From Psammoneis japonica (taxonomy: Eukaryota): a DNA stretch of 64,000 nt. This document shows positions 47,266 through 57,519 of this stretch, piece by piece. The stretch covers positions 124,001-188,000 of the forward strand of contig QPGO01000044.1 in NCBI GenBank assembly GCA_008632985.1. Direction: 5' to 3'. A program made the translations under genes and the position numbers. The notes beneath the pieces were generated by a model. The model did not search any database. It was given only the letters and a program-made list of their open reading frames with translations, and was not told where the DNA came from. Position 1 is the stretch's first letter. The number at the start of each line of letters is the position of its first letter.

Positions 47266-50133
47266 ATGGCGTCGTCGAATAACGTTCACTTCGCGAACCT
47301 CCCTCCTCCCGAAGGAAACGAGAACGATGTGACTGTCGTTCAAGATGATAGCAGCGAAGAAGCGAGCGACACCAGTTCAGAATTTAACTTTGCTGCAACC
47401 TTGGCTTTGCGAAAGAATCTCACCGTCACCTTCGACAAGCATGTTAACTCCAATTCTGTGACTGAGAAAATCGCAAACCTGGAGCAACGAACTGCGGTTC
47501 TGCAAAAGCCTCCGCTCCAACTCCAACAACCGTCAAAAAAGACTGAAAGCGCTGTTGACGGTAAGCAATTGATGGTTTATCTTCGCATCCGCCCGATTCC
47601 AACAGACACGCAAGCATCTCGCAAGCTGACAGCGCCGATCACTAATACGGTGGAGGTTCTGAAGCCTCGTAGCTCTAATGGGGTCACCACGACTATTCGT
47701 ACTTATCCTCCTCTCAATTCAAACGCAGCCAAGGTTCTTCGTGACACCGATTCTTCTTCTACTGCGGACACTTTCCAGCTAAAGGGAGGAGTAAAAGAGT
47801 TTGAGTTTGAACAAGTTTTTGGACCCGAGACATCTCAGAAAGATCTCTACACCTCGGTGGCGGCTCCCATGGTACACGGGCTCTTTCCTTCTTTCAACGA
47901 CCCAAACGCATTGGTGGGCGAGTCAGCGCTCTTGTTTGCATACGGAATTACGAATGCGGGCAAGACTCACACAATCACGGGTACCTTCCAAAAGAAAAAG
48001 GCAATCAAAGCCGCGGCGCCATTTGAAAAGTGGGGCATTGTTCCTCGTGCTCTGCACGACGTGTTTGCAAAGATCAAAGGTGACCCCACAAAGAAATACA
48101 ATGTGAATATCAGCTACTTGGAGATTTACAATGAGAACATTTACGATTTGTTACCGAGGGACAAGTCGAGCAAAGTGAGAGAAGTTTCTCTTCGTCTGCG
48201 TGAGGGACCTCAAGGAGATACCTTTGTCAAGGGGTTGACCCGGCACCGCGTCCGAGACATCGAACACGGCTTGGAGCTTTCGGAACGCGCTCAGCAGAAG
48301 CGTCATACCTCATCAAACAACCTCAATACAGGGTCAAGTCGTTCCCATTGTATCTGTCAGTTGGAAATTACTGCGGTGACAGATGTCCATCCTGCTGTGG
48401 CGGCTAGCACTGACAATGACTCGGTGGCCTCCGGTGGCGGATATAATACGGACGAGGAGGTGGCTCGTATTCAAAGCCGAAAGAGCAAGCGAGTCAATAT
48501 GTGGATTGTTGATCTTGCTGGAAGTGAAAGGACTAAAAGGACCAACGGAGCTGGACTTCGGCAGAAAGAAGCGGCAAGCATCAACGCGTCACTCATGACT
48601 CTGATGCGATGCCTTTCCTCCATGGGGAGTAAGCAGCAGGCGCAAGGTTCTTCACGAGACATTCTTCGATACCGTGAATCAAAGCTGACTCATATGTTTA
48701 TGAATCATTTGTCCGGTAAATCGAGTTCCCGAACTTGTATGGTTGTCAATGTCAATCCGGCGTCGACGGACTTTGATGAAACGCAGCATGTACTTGCTTA
48801 CGCCGTCGATGCCAAGAATGTTCAAATCTCTCACGAGGCCTACCTGAAGAAAAAGCACTCAATCAACAGTCACCTCAAGCTTGAGGCTACTCATGGTTAT
48901 GACGGAAGGGCCCTCAAGCGGAAAGCCACCCCCGCGGATGAGACAAAACGCCCCAGCAAAATTGCACGACTTGTAAAGCGGTTCTCCCCCAAGAAGAAGC
49001 CACCAAAGAAGGATATGTCAAGGAAACACGTAGCAGCGGTGGCGATAGATAGATTGGAAAAGGAAACCAAGAAGCCGAGGCCTGCCATTGATGCTGTCAA
49101 GAAACGCAAGGCAGAGCTACTTGGTATGAGGGGAGCGGGAGCCGCTAACGTTGCTAAGAGCAACGTCGGTAGCGTTTCGCTCTTGGCTAAAAAGTCACAT
49201 GACTCAAACAACAAAACGAAACCGGCTCCGATTTTAAAGTCTACCTGTGATTCATCTGATAAGGACTTCAAGAGCTTGAAGGACTCGCTTATGGTTGCCA
49301 AAGCGGAAGCGGAAGTTCTACGGTCGGAGAAGGAGGATCTTCAAGACGAAATGACTCAGATCGAGAACAAGGTCCGAATGGAAGTCGCAGTGGAAACGGA
49401 AAACCAGATGAAAGCCATGAGGGACCAGTACACCAACACTATCAACCGCCTCAAACATCAGATTCAATCCAACCCAACTCCAGCGCGAAGTGTTCAAAAG
49501 GCACGTAGGGATAATGCCGAAAAGGTGCTCGACGATTTGATGGAGAAAGTGGAGGAGTGCGAAGAAGAAATGGTCAGGATGCGAGAAGAGCATGAATCAA
49601 ATGTAGAGATGCTTACGCAGGATCACCAACGAGCGATGGATGCCAAAGAGGAAGAGATCGAACTAATCAAGACCGCATACGAGAAGAAAATCGCCACTTT
49701 AAACGAAAATCTTGCAGACCTTCAGTCTGAATTGGACGCAAGTAAAGCTGAGAACAAAAAACTTGGTGCTGCTGTACCGGTGGTCGCGGAACGCAAACCT
49801 TTGGATCCGGTCAATGATGAAAACGTACCTGCCGAAGGAAAGCATGACGCTTCCAAGCAACAGACAGCAAAGGACTCGCGAGTTCCTCTTGGCTTGGTCT
49901 CCGCAAATACGCAAAATTCAAACAGCTCTGTCGTGGAAAAGGAAGAGTTTCCTGAAGATATCTCGGAAGTTGATTCCTCCTCTGAAGTGAGTGAGGATGA
50001 AAGCGAACTGATGTACCCAAAGAAGCCCGCCATGAAGAACAGAGAGGGTTCCTATCATCGTCCAAGGGGCCGCGCTCCAAGCGGTCGTGAATGGGACTCA
50101 CAGAAGGGAGCGTGGCGGCTGTCAATTATGTAG
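47266..50133 (+). CDS. Kinesin motor protein, probably kinesin-6 (KIF20/KIF23-like), with C-terminal coiled coil
   Basis: VYLRIRP, LLFAYGITNAGKTHT (P-loop), SSRSH, DLAGSE, YRESKLT. Single long ORF; start at MASSNN is assumed. Confidence 0.93.
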   Translation: MASSNNVHFANLPPPEGNENDVTVVQDDSSEEASDTSSEFNFAATLALRKNLTVTFDKHVNSNSVTEKIANLEQRTAVLQKPPLQLQQPSKKTESAVDGKQLMVYLRIRPIPTDTQASRKLTAPITNTVEVLKPRSSNGVTTTIRTYPPLNSNAAKVLRDTDSSSTADTFQLKGGVKEFEFEQVFGPETSQKDLYTSVAAPMVHGLFPSFNDPNALVGESALLFAYGITNAGKTHTITGTFQKKKAIKAAAPFEKWGIVPRALHDVFAKIKGDPTKKYNVNISYLEIYNENIYDLLPRDKSSKVREVSLRLREGPQGDTFVKGLTRHRVRDIEHGLELSERAQQKRHTSSNNLNTGSSRSHCICQLEITAVTDVHPAVAASTDNDSVASGGGYNTDEEVARIQSRKSKRVNMWIVDLAGSERTKRTNGAGLRQKEAASINASLMTLMRCLSSMGSKQQAQGSSRDILRYRESKLTHMFMNHLSGKSSSRTCMVVNVNPASTDFDETQHVLAYAVDAKNVQISHEAYLKKKHSINSHLKLEATHGYDGRALKRKATPADETKRPSKIARLVKRFSPKKKPPKKDMSRKHVAAVAIDRLEKETKKPRPAIDAVKKRKAELLGMRGAGAANVAKSNVGSVSLLAKKSHDSNNKTKPAPILKSTCDSSDKDFKSLKDSLMVAKAEAEVLRSEKEDLQDEMTQIENKVRMEVAVETENQMKAMRDQYTNTINRLKHQIQSNPTPARSVQKARRDNAEKVLDDLMEKVEECEEEMVRMREEHESNVEMLTQDHQRAMDAKEEEIELIKTAYEKKIATLNENLADLQSELDASKAENKKLGAAVPVVAERKPLDPVNDENVPAEGKHDASKQQTAKDSRVPLGLVSANTQNSNSSVVEKEEFPEDISEVDSSSEVSEDESELMYPKKPAMKNREGSYHRPRGRAPSGREWDSQKGAWRLSIM

Positions 50134-50976
50134 CTGTGGGGATTTTTTTGAGCATTGAAACCAAAGGGTGGTCTCTAGTGCACACATAATCGAAATGGTC
50201 TTGTTTAGTGTTTTCTACGGTAGTACATGGTTGTAACAAGAAATATGTAGTTTACAGTTAGTTGGGTGCTATGTCACTGTCATCATTCTATCACAGAAGT
50301 TCAAGACCAACAAAAATTGGCCGTTGTGGACATGAATGGCGGTTGGATTGCCCGCTGCTTCCTGCAGTTTTCAGTCTACGCTTCATGGTGCCACGTGAAG
50401 AAAGGATACTCCACCTTTTTTCTCTAAAATACCCACCGCCCAACCAATACGGTACAATAATTACAGATCGAGAGTAGAGTTTCACGTTAGTTACACGTCA
50501 ATCGTGTAATAGAGGTGCTTCATAACGTTCATTTTAGGCTCTACTAGCGGGTCAAAAGTCTAGTAGAAGTCGTACCTAATCTGTCTGCTCAAACAATTGT
50601 GAGAGTCGAATAATCATAGGGCCCTACATGATTCAAGATCACTATCGTGACTCGAAAACAAAACAACACTGAAAAAGATACAATATAGTAGACTTTTCGT
50701 TTGAGCCATGACAACAATTAAGATAACATCTACAAGATCTAGCACCGGAGAACTTGGAGGCAGTCTAGAGGCACCGCTCAGGGGATCAAGTTCACCGATC
50801 TCGCGTCCCGTGCCCCTCTGCGTAAGAAATAAGTTTGTGAGGATTGTTGAATCGTAGCATCAACGTGCGAGTCACAATGTGGGGTGCAACATCTTTTCTC
50901 TACGACAGCACTTGGGTCGGTACTGTGCGTCGAACCTCATTGTAAAATTTCTTGAAGTAATCCAAAGCATGTGTCT

Positions 50977-51993
50977 TCAGTTTAGATTAGACAACGTTGT
51001 TACCCCCTCATCGACGTGCTTGACCGTTTCAACTCTCATGTAGTCTGGATTGTTCAATTGCACATTTCCAGACTGGTGCATTTGAAAGGCATACACTAAA
51101 ACACCCAGAGCGGACTGATCCTGTCGGTGTGTCAAGTATGTGGTAGAGGGTGGTCCAAGAATGACCTTGTCTTTCATTCGCTTGGACGATCCCGGCGGAG
51201 CTATGCAGGTCCGGCATGCCCGCGTGGCACAGTCGATCCATTGCATCAAGACTTCCCGGACCAAGTCGTGGTTGCCCAGATCCATGAGAAAGTGAGTCGC
51301 TGTAATCTCGTGGAGTTCCACAAAGTCCATTCGAGACTGTTTCAGGTACGTGTACGTATCAATGTGCGTCCCTTCGCCCATTCCCAAACGACCAGTACGG
51401 CCCGCAAACGCAATGTGATCCCGCATCATGTTGTTGGCCCAAACGTTGGGATTTTCTTTGAATCGCGTTGACGAATCGGTCCACATGTACGTCTTGAACT
51501 CGTTCTGGTGATGCAATAAAAAGTCACCAATGATTTGCGGCTTCCAACAGTAGAATCGATATTCACTCGAGACTTCATAATCCACCACGTGTGCATCGAG
51601 AGTTGTCGTTTCTATTTTTGTCGAGAATTTTTTTATAAAGTCAGAATTGTCTTCTCCTGTTTGTCTCATGACGTAAATGAAAAGCGGGCCCGTGTAATTG
51701 ACCGCAATCAAGGTGCGAAGCATGGATATGTTCTCAAGCATGTGGTTTTCCGAAAACGCAGTCAAAATTCCAATATCGTGCTGCGGAACGAACTTGTCTG
51801 CCTTGTATGGCTGTTCTCGTTGTTGAAAATTCATTGTGCTGACCTTTTGTATCTTCGTTTGTGCGGATTCTTCAGCTGGGGGCAGGCTCCGGGCGGACAA
51901 GGTTACCGTCAAGAGGAAGAGAACTACAAATGAAAAGCTGAAAACAGCGATCAAATCCGGTCTCATCTTTGGCGCCTTTGTCTTGGTATGCAT
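50977..51993 (-). CDS. Type II membrane protein, DUF1647-like (putative glycosyltransferase fold)
   Basis: N-terminal TM segment; motifs TAFSENH, YCWKPQII, WTDSSTRF, HRQDQSAL. Confidence 0.75.
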   Translation of the reverse strand: MHTKTKAPKMRPDLIAVFSFSFVVLFLLTVTLSARSLPPAEESAQTKIQKVSTMNFQQREQPYKADKFVPQHDIGILTAFSENHMLENISMLRTLIAVNYTGPLFIYVMRQTGEDNSDFIKKFSTKIETTTLDAHVVDYEVSSEYRFYCWKPQIIGDFLLHHQNEFKTYMWTDSSTRFKENPNVWANNMMRDHIAFAGRTGRLGMGEGTHIDTYTYLKQSRMDFVELHEITATHFLMDLGNHDLVREVLMQWIDCATRACRTCIAPPGSSKRMKDKVILGPPSTTYLTHRQDQSALGVLVYAFQMHQSGNVQLNNPDYMRVETVKHVDEGVTTLSNLN

Positions 51994-52475
51994 GGTTTTT
52001 TCTCTACTCTCTGGAGAACGGTTTTCTTCTCCAATGTTAATTCAATGTAATTCTCTTGCAGTGGGTAGCTTGATCGATCAATCAAATCTCAACTGCAATG
52101 CCAGCCAAACTGTAAGGTTCATTGGAAGTCGCTTTTTTTCCGCGAATGCAATCGGGGTTGAAATCGAAAATTTCTTTCCTCGTAAATTTATATATGCATT
52201 GCTTCGCCAATAAATTGCACCTTCATACATGTTGATGTCATTTGAATTTTTCCGTTTCGTACAATTTCTACGACGGCTACGCAATTTTGAAAGTTTGGCT
52301 ATCACAACAGACCCTGATACATGGACCATGACGACCGACGACAAAAGAATCCGACTGCTCCGTGATCATTGTGACATTGGCAGTGGTATCGCGCCGAAAA
52401 ATCACCTCAAAACGCTTTATTATTTTAAAAAAAGCTCTAGCCCAAAACAATTTTCAGTGTTGCGCGTGCGCCCGT

Positions 52476-53690
52476 TCACACAACAGACACTACCAAATGA
52501 TCTTCTCTTGACGACTCGCTGCTTTCTGCTCTTGCAAGCTTTTGATCCTCGTCATTCTTTTTACAAATACTCGATGGTTGTGTCACCTTGGCAGCCACGT
52601 GGCGTCCAAAAAATGTACAAAACGCACCACCCACCGCGTCCAACCAAAAGTGATTGCCCGTGAGCATGATGAAAAAGACGGTAAAAAACACATGGCACGC
52701 TGCCATCCACGCTATTCCCTTGTAGGGAAGCGTATCGACCGCCACGAGTGCCGACCAGAGTGCCCATCCAGTGTGCATGCTCGGCATGGCTGCATATGGA
52801 TTACCACCCTCCTTGTGTAACTTATCGTAGAGCGTGTCACTCTTGGCCATTGTGTCGACAATGGACCAGTAGGGATTCAACACAGTCGACACGTCGTCAG
52901 AAAATTCGGGTGAATATTCTCGTCTGTACCGCTCCAGAAGTCGCGGTGGCATGGTGGGCAGCATGACAAAAATTACCAAGGCCAGAGCCAGCATGAGAAA
53001 AAACGAGGACCGGTGCTGAAAGCGTGAATCGCGGTTTCCAATCAGCAGACACGCCATGACACCAAGTGGCACAATAAAGTGCATGACAGCATAATATCCA
53101 TTCCCAATCCATACCAGCCACCCATGGTCAATCAGCATGGCTTGAAGCGTCGGCTCAAAGTCCAATCCGAGCGCGTGTTCGGTCAGTATAATTTGTTTGG
53201 CAGTGTTGAAGGCAGCGTGTACTGTTTGTTCCCCGGCATTTCCCATGACTAGAACACGGCTGCGCTCATACAAAAAGAGACATGTCGCCAGCATGGTGAA
53301 TTGGACCGTCAGGGAGCGATGAGATTTGAGCGAGTTGCGAATCATGGCGTTGAGCGTGTTGGCGTCGGTGAGGTTCAAGGCGACGAAAATTAGAGTTTTT
53401 GCAGCAGTCGCCAAATAGACTAGCGCCAGTACAAGGAATTTGGGAGTAAATGCTAAACCCAATATGGCGCATACAATTGGAGCAGCCAATAAAATCAAGG
53501 AAGAAGCTCTTGTCGTCGTTGTGTCTGAGGCATCTTCACCAGTCGTGACAAATCTTCCTGATTCGTTGCAGCATAAGGAATCATCATCTGAAAGAAGTGA
53601 TTCCGAGGAATCGCTTGACGATACCTGTGTAGTTTCATCAACCTTGAGAGAATCTTTGCGGCGCAGTGCACCCGAGACTTGTCTTATCAT
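52476..53690 (-). CDS. PAP2-superfamily membrane enzyme (PAP2_3, inositolphosphorylceramide-synthase-like)
   Basis: Multiple TM segments; PTMPPR, NPYAAMPSMHTGWA, TGNHFWLDAVGG. Start codon uncertain. Confidence 0.85.
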   Translation of the reverse strand: MIRQVSGALRRKDSLKVDETTQVSSSDSSESLLSDDDSLCCNESGRFVTTGEDASDTTTTRASSLILLAAPIVCAILGLAFTPKFLVLALVYLATAAKTLIFVALNLTDANTLNAMIRNSLKSHRSLTVQFTMLATCLFLYERSRVLVMGNAGEQTVHAAFNTAKQIILTEHALGLDFEPTLQAMLIDHGWLVWIGNGYYAVMHFIVPLGVMACLLIGNRDSRFQHRSSFFLMLALALVIFVMLPTMPPRLLERYRREYSPEFSDDVSTVLNPYWSIVDTMAKSDTLYDKLHKEGGNPYAAMPSMHTGWALWSALVAVDTLPYKGIAWMAACHVFFTVFFIMLTGNHFWLDAVGGAFCTFFGRHVAAKVTQPSSICKKNDEDQKLARAESSESSREDHLVVSVV

Positions 53691-54263
53691 GGTTGCAAGA
53701 ACACCACAACACAGCACAAAACAGCTTCAAGGTCGGCAAATTGAAAATTGAAATGACGGTGTGTTTTTCGCCGTTGCTTGCCCGTCGGTTTCACACGACT
53801 TCGCCGTGCAAAACATACCGGTAAAAACGTAGGTATGCACAGTACATACTTACAATAGGCCTATCTGGGCCCTACATACATACCGTAGAGGATAATACCG
53901 TACGGTAAGTAGACTCTACGGCAACGAATGTTGCAGTCTGCCATCAACCGTTTTTCACAGATCAAAGCATTCAGTGATTGATAAACATATGAGTGCAATG
54001 TAAGAAGTATGATTTACAAATGCACACTTTCATTGATACCAAAAAATAATTGTTAAATCGCACAGAAGATTTCAGTTAAACTTTTTTAATATATGTATTC
54101 GAACTCTAAACTCAATATTGAACGGTCAGTATCGCCTATTTCGCCAACCCCTCTCACATTTTCATCGCCACAAATCGCCATCTTCTTGTCAATTTCACCG
54201 CAATCTCTCAGAGGCTCCAACTACTCGCCACTTTCCTCACAACTATCGAAAAGAGGAAGCAAC

Positions 54264-55697
54264 ATGCCGCCCCTCAATACAGGAGACGTCGAGACTATGG
54301 GAGCGGTCGAGGAGCCGTTTCAGTCCGAGATGGAAGTCGATTACGACAGAAACATTACGGCGCTCTATGCCGCCATTACCGACTGTGAGTGGGAAAAGGC
54401 CATTGAAGCGGTAAAGAACGATCCCAAGGAAGCCCAAACGTGGGTTGTTCGTCATTACGAAAACGATCAAGATGGGGAAGAACCGGGTGAAGTCATGTGG
54501 AGGTTCCTTCCCATTCACTCGGCGTGTGCCAGGCAACCACCCGCGTCTGTCATTTCCGCCCTTATCAAGGCCTACCCCGACGGTCCAAAGTGTCCGGATG
54601 ATCAAGGAATGTACCCGCTTCATTATGCCTGTGGTAATCAAGCTAGCCGAGAGGTGATTCGTCTCTTGCTGGTGGCCTTTCCGCAGGCTGCCAAGTTGGC
54701 GGATCCCCGCGGGATGCTTCCGATTCATTACCTTGCCTGCTGGGGACCCTCGTCCGTGTCTATTATTGACATGATTCTTGTCGCCAATCGAGATGTCAGT
54801 GATGCCAAGGACGCGGACGGTAACTCTGCCTTGGATTTGGCCATGGAAGGAGAATACGAGGACAAAGACGCGGTCATTTCGACCTTGCGTCGTTGGCTCG
54901 ACAAGAATTCGGCTCGCACCGGACCGCCCTCCTTTTCTCCACGATCCCCGCTTCGTGTTGACAAGACGCTCACCATTAGTACTACGCCGGTTGCTGCGGA
55001 GAAATCCACTCTTGTGGAAAAGGAACCGACCGACACGACATCAAACACCATTAGTCGTCTTAGGCTCGATATGACCAAACTCAAAACGGAACTCCGTGAG
55101 GCAGATGACAACAAGAAGCAAGCGGTTGAAGAAGCTGTGGCTCCGTATCGCACTCAAGTACAAGACCTTCAAGCAGAATTGGAAACGTCAAAGCAACAAG
55201 TCGAGTTCCAAGCTATGCAAATGGAGAAGCTCCGGGAAGAGATTGCCGCGCTCTCCACTTACATGGATCAAGCCGTGGAACTGGAACGCAAGGAAGATCT
55301 CTTGCACTCTACCGAAGTGAAACTCGAGGAGGCCACGCAGACCATCGTTTCCGTCAAGAAGGAACGTGACGAACTCGCGTCAGAACTCGGCATGGTGGAG
55401 GCTGAGCGTAATCTGTTCAAGAAAAAGGGTGAGAACATCAATGATCGATTGTTATCACTCAGTGCGTCCTTAGCCAGTCTCTCGGACAACCAGTTCCTGG
55501 TCAATGCCAAAATCAAGGACCGTGAAGCTCGTCTGGTGAGTGCCGCCGAGGTGCGTCGTGCCAAGCTGCAGGCGCTTCAAGAGTTTGAGGAGCAGCTCAT
55601 GGCTGGAAGTGCTGCAATCGACCATGATGGTGACTTTGAGCAGCAAAAGCGAGAGTTTGATGCAATTTCTGCAGTTATTGCAGCAATGAAGTTTTGA
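54264..55697 (+). CDS. Ankyrin-like repeat protein with C-terminal coiled coil
   Basis: LPIHSAC, GMYPLHYAC, GMLPIHYLA, DGNSALDLA, then a heptad-rich C-terminal half. Confidence 0.88.
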   Translation: MPPLNTGDVETMGAVEEPFQSEMEVDYDRNITALYAAITDCEWEKAIEAVKNDPKEAQTWVVRHYENDQDGEEPGEVMWRFLPIHSACARQPPASVISALIKAYPDGPKCPDDQGMYPLHYACGNQASREVIRLLLVAFPQAAKLADPRGMLPIHYLACWGPSSVSIIDMILVANRDVSDAKDADGNSALDLAMEGEYEDKDAVISTLRRWLDKNSARTGPPSFSPRSPLRVDKTLTISTTPVAAEKSTLVEKEPTDTTSNTISRLRLDMTKLKTELREADDNKKQAVEEAVAPYRTQVQDLQAELETSKQQVEFQAMQMEKLREEIAALSTYMDQAVELERKEDLLHSTEVKLEEATQTIVSVKKERDELASELGMVEAERNLFKKKGENINDRLLSLSASLASLSDNQFLVNAKIKDREARLVSAAEVRRAKLQALQEFEEQLMAGSAAIDHDGDFEQQKREFDAISAVIAAMKF

Positions 55698-55889
55698 GTG
55701 GAAGGACGGAAAGGTGGAGGAATACCGTATGTAAAGTATGGTAGTTAAGAATCGTCTGTAGTTTAGTTATGCATGTCATCTCATAAGAGACCGTATGTTG
55801 TTTTGATTGGCGTCGGCAAAATTCATTGTTTCTGATTCTCCTCAATTTCCTGTCAGTCGATGAAGCTATACCATGCCGAGATCAAGCAC

Positions 55890-56152
55890 CTGCCGAGGTG
55901 CGTCATGCCAAGCTGCTGGCGCTTCAAGAGTTTGAGGAGCAGCTCATGATTGGAAGTGCTGGTATCAACCAAGATGGTGACATTGAGCAGCACAAACGGG
56001 ATTTTGATGCAATTTACTGCAGTGATTGCGGCAATGAAGTTTTAAAAATGGACGGATGGAAAGGTGACGGAATAACGTGATGAAAAGGTTTGGTAGATAA
56101 GAATCGTCTCTAGTTTAGCTCATCACTCACTACGTCTGTTGTTTTGATTGGT
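55890..56152 (+). repeat. Tandem duplicate of the ankyrin gene 3' end and 3' UTR
   Basis: gccgaggtgcgtc(g/a)tgccaagctgc...aagaatcgtct(g/c)tagtttag...tgttgtttt(t)gattgg matches 55545-55810. Confidence 0.88.
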
Positions 56153-56191
56153 ATCGCATATTCTCAAACTCCGTAAAACAGCTCTCCTGCT

Positions 56192-57060
56192 TCAGATTCC
56201 TTGTTTCTGTCTCTTTTCGTATAATTTCTTTGCCTCCTCAATGTCCTGTTCATCTATAAAGCTAAACCATGTGTCGAGTGGCTCCATGAGTTGATTGAAC
56301 AATTGATCAACATCGGCGCGGTCTGGTTCTGAGCACGTCAACTGATACTCTACTTCAGCTCTCAAGTCTTGCACAAGCGTCAAGATGCTGTTTCGTTGTA
56401 AATCCCTCAAGTCTAAATCAGCCGTAATGACAGACTTGATGTCGGGCAAACGATTAGAGCGGATCATGTCCTTCTGGCCTTACCGGTGACATTGAGCGTG
56501 TAGGCTTCTCCAAATCTCAAATTTGCTGTGTAAGTGTTGAAGGCTTTTCTTATCGAAGGAGAGGACAACTCGTCAAGCTTTAAAATGCTCGACATGTCCT
56601 CCAAGGGTAAATCACGGAGCGAGACCAACAGAGTCCGAACACGAATAGATGGTAGCAAGGCTTGGACTGGTGCAAACGGACGAGGCGGCGATTTTTGTTG
56701 TGACGTGGAACTCTCACCAGTGTCAGATATTCTATATTCGTTGGTCTCGCTAAGGTCTGATTCTGCCTTTATCACACCACGCTTCCCGGTGTATGTATCA
56801 TCTGCAAACTGCGACCAGTAGCTTCCCTGAATCGCGGCTGCTGTTCGTTCCAACGCTGAACGACGAGTCGTCTCTACAGTGAGGTCGACGCCATCCTGTG
56901 GCGATAACATGAGCATTGTTGCGCTGTTGCTCTTGAGTCCCATCATTTCCCCTCTTGGTAGGTGCCTACAGTTCTTAAGCACAAACGCTACCGACTCATA
57001 TCGAAGGAGCAACAGCCCAAACAACGGAAACAAACCAACATATTTCATTGCACACCGCAT
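56192..57060 (-). CDS. Putative plastid-targeted protein of unknown function, split by an apparent 1-bp frameshift at ~56470
   Basis: Signal peptide ending SVA-F, then an RRSAL twin-Arg-like motif. Two ORFs overlap at ATGA (56467-56464) and read as one protein (...NVTGKAR/MIRSNRLPDIK...). Confidence 0.65.
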
Positions 57061-57519
57061 GTAGCCCTAGTGACGTTGTTGCAGAGTGTATCCTTTAGAG
57101 TCGGTTGAATATTCGTCTCGAGGATGAAGCAGGTTCGTCGCTTCCTTAGTCCCTGGCGGACGAGAGTTTCTTTTCAAAGCTCAGTTGGGTGCAAGAGGAG
57201 AGAACCGTGGCAGAGGGGGTGGATCTGGACTGGAAACCCAGACGGCAGCAGTTGCATGTGTTGTGTGTTATGAGCTGCTCTCTACTCTCTGGATAAGGCT
57301 CTCTAGCTAGAGCGTTGAGTACATTACTGTCTGAGTGCTGAGGGCCTCACAACGTTGGAGGTCGACCTACAGTACCCGCACTGTGGCATGGCGGCATGGC
57401 ACACCACCGGCACACGTCATACGGTATGGTACGACATGATGAATGATGATGTGATCTATGATTTTGGTCGCGGATCATGACTGCCAATGGGCGGCGGGAG
57501 ACAGGTTGGAGGATGTACG

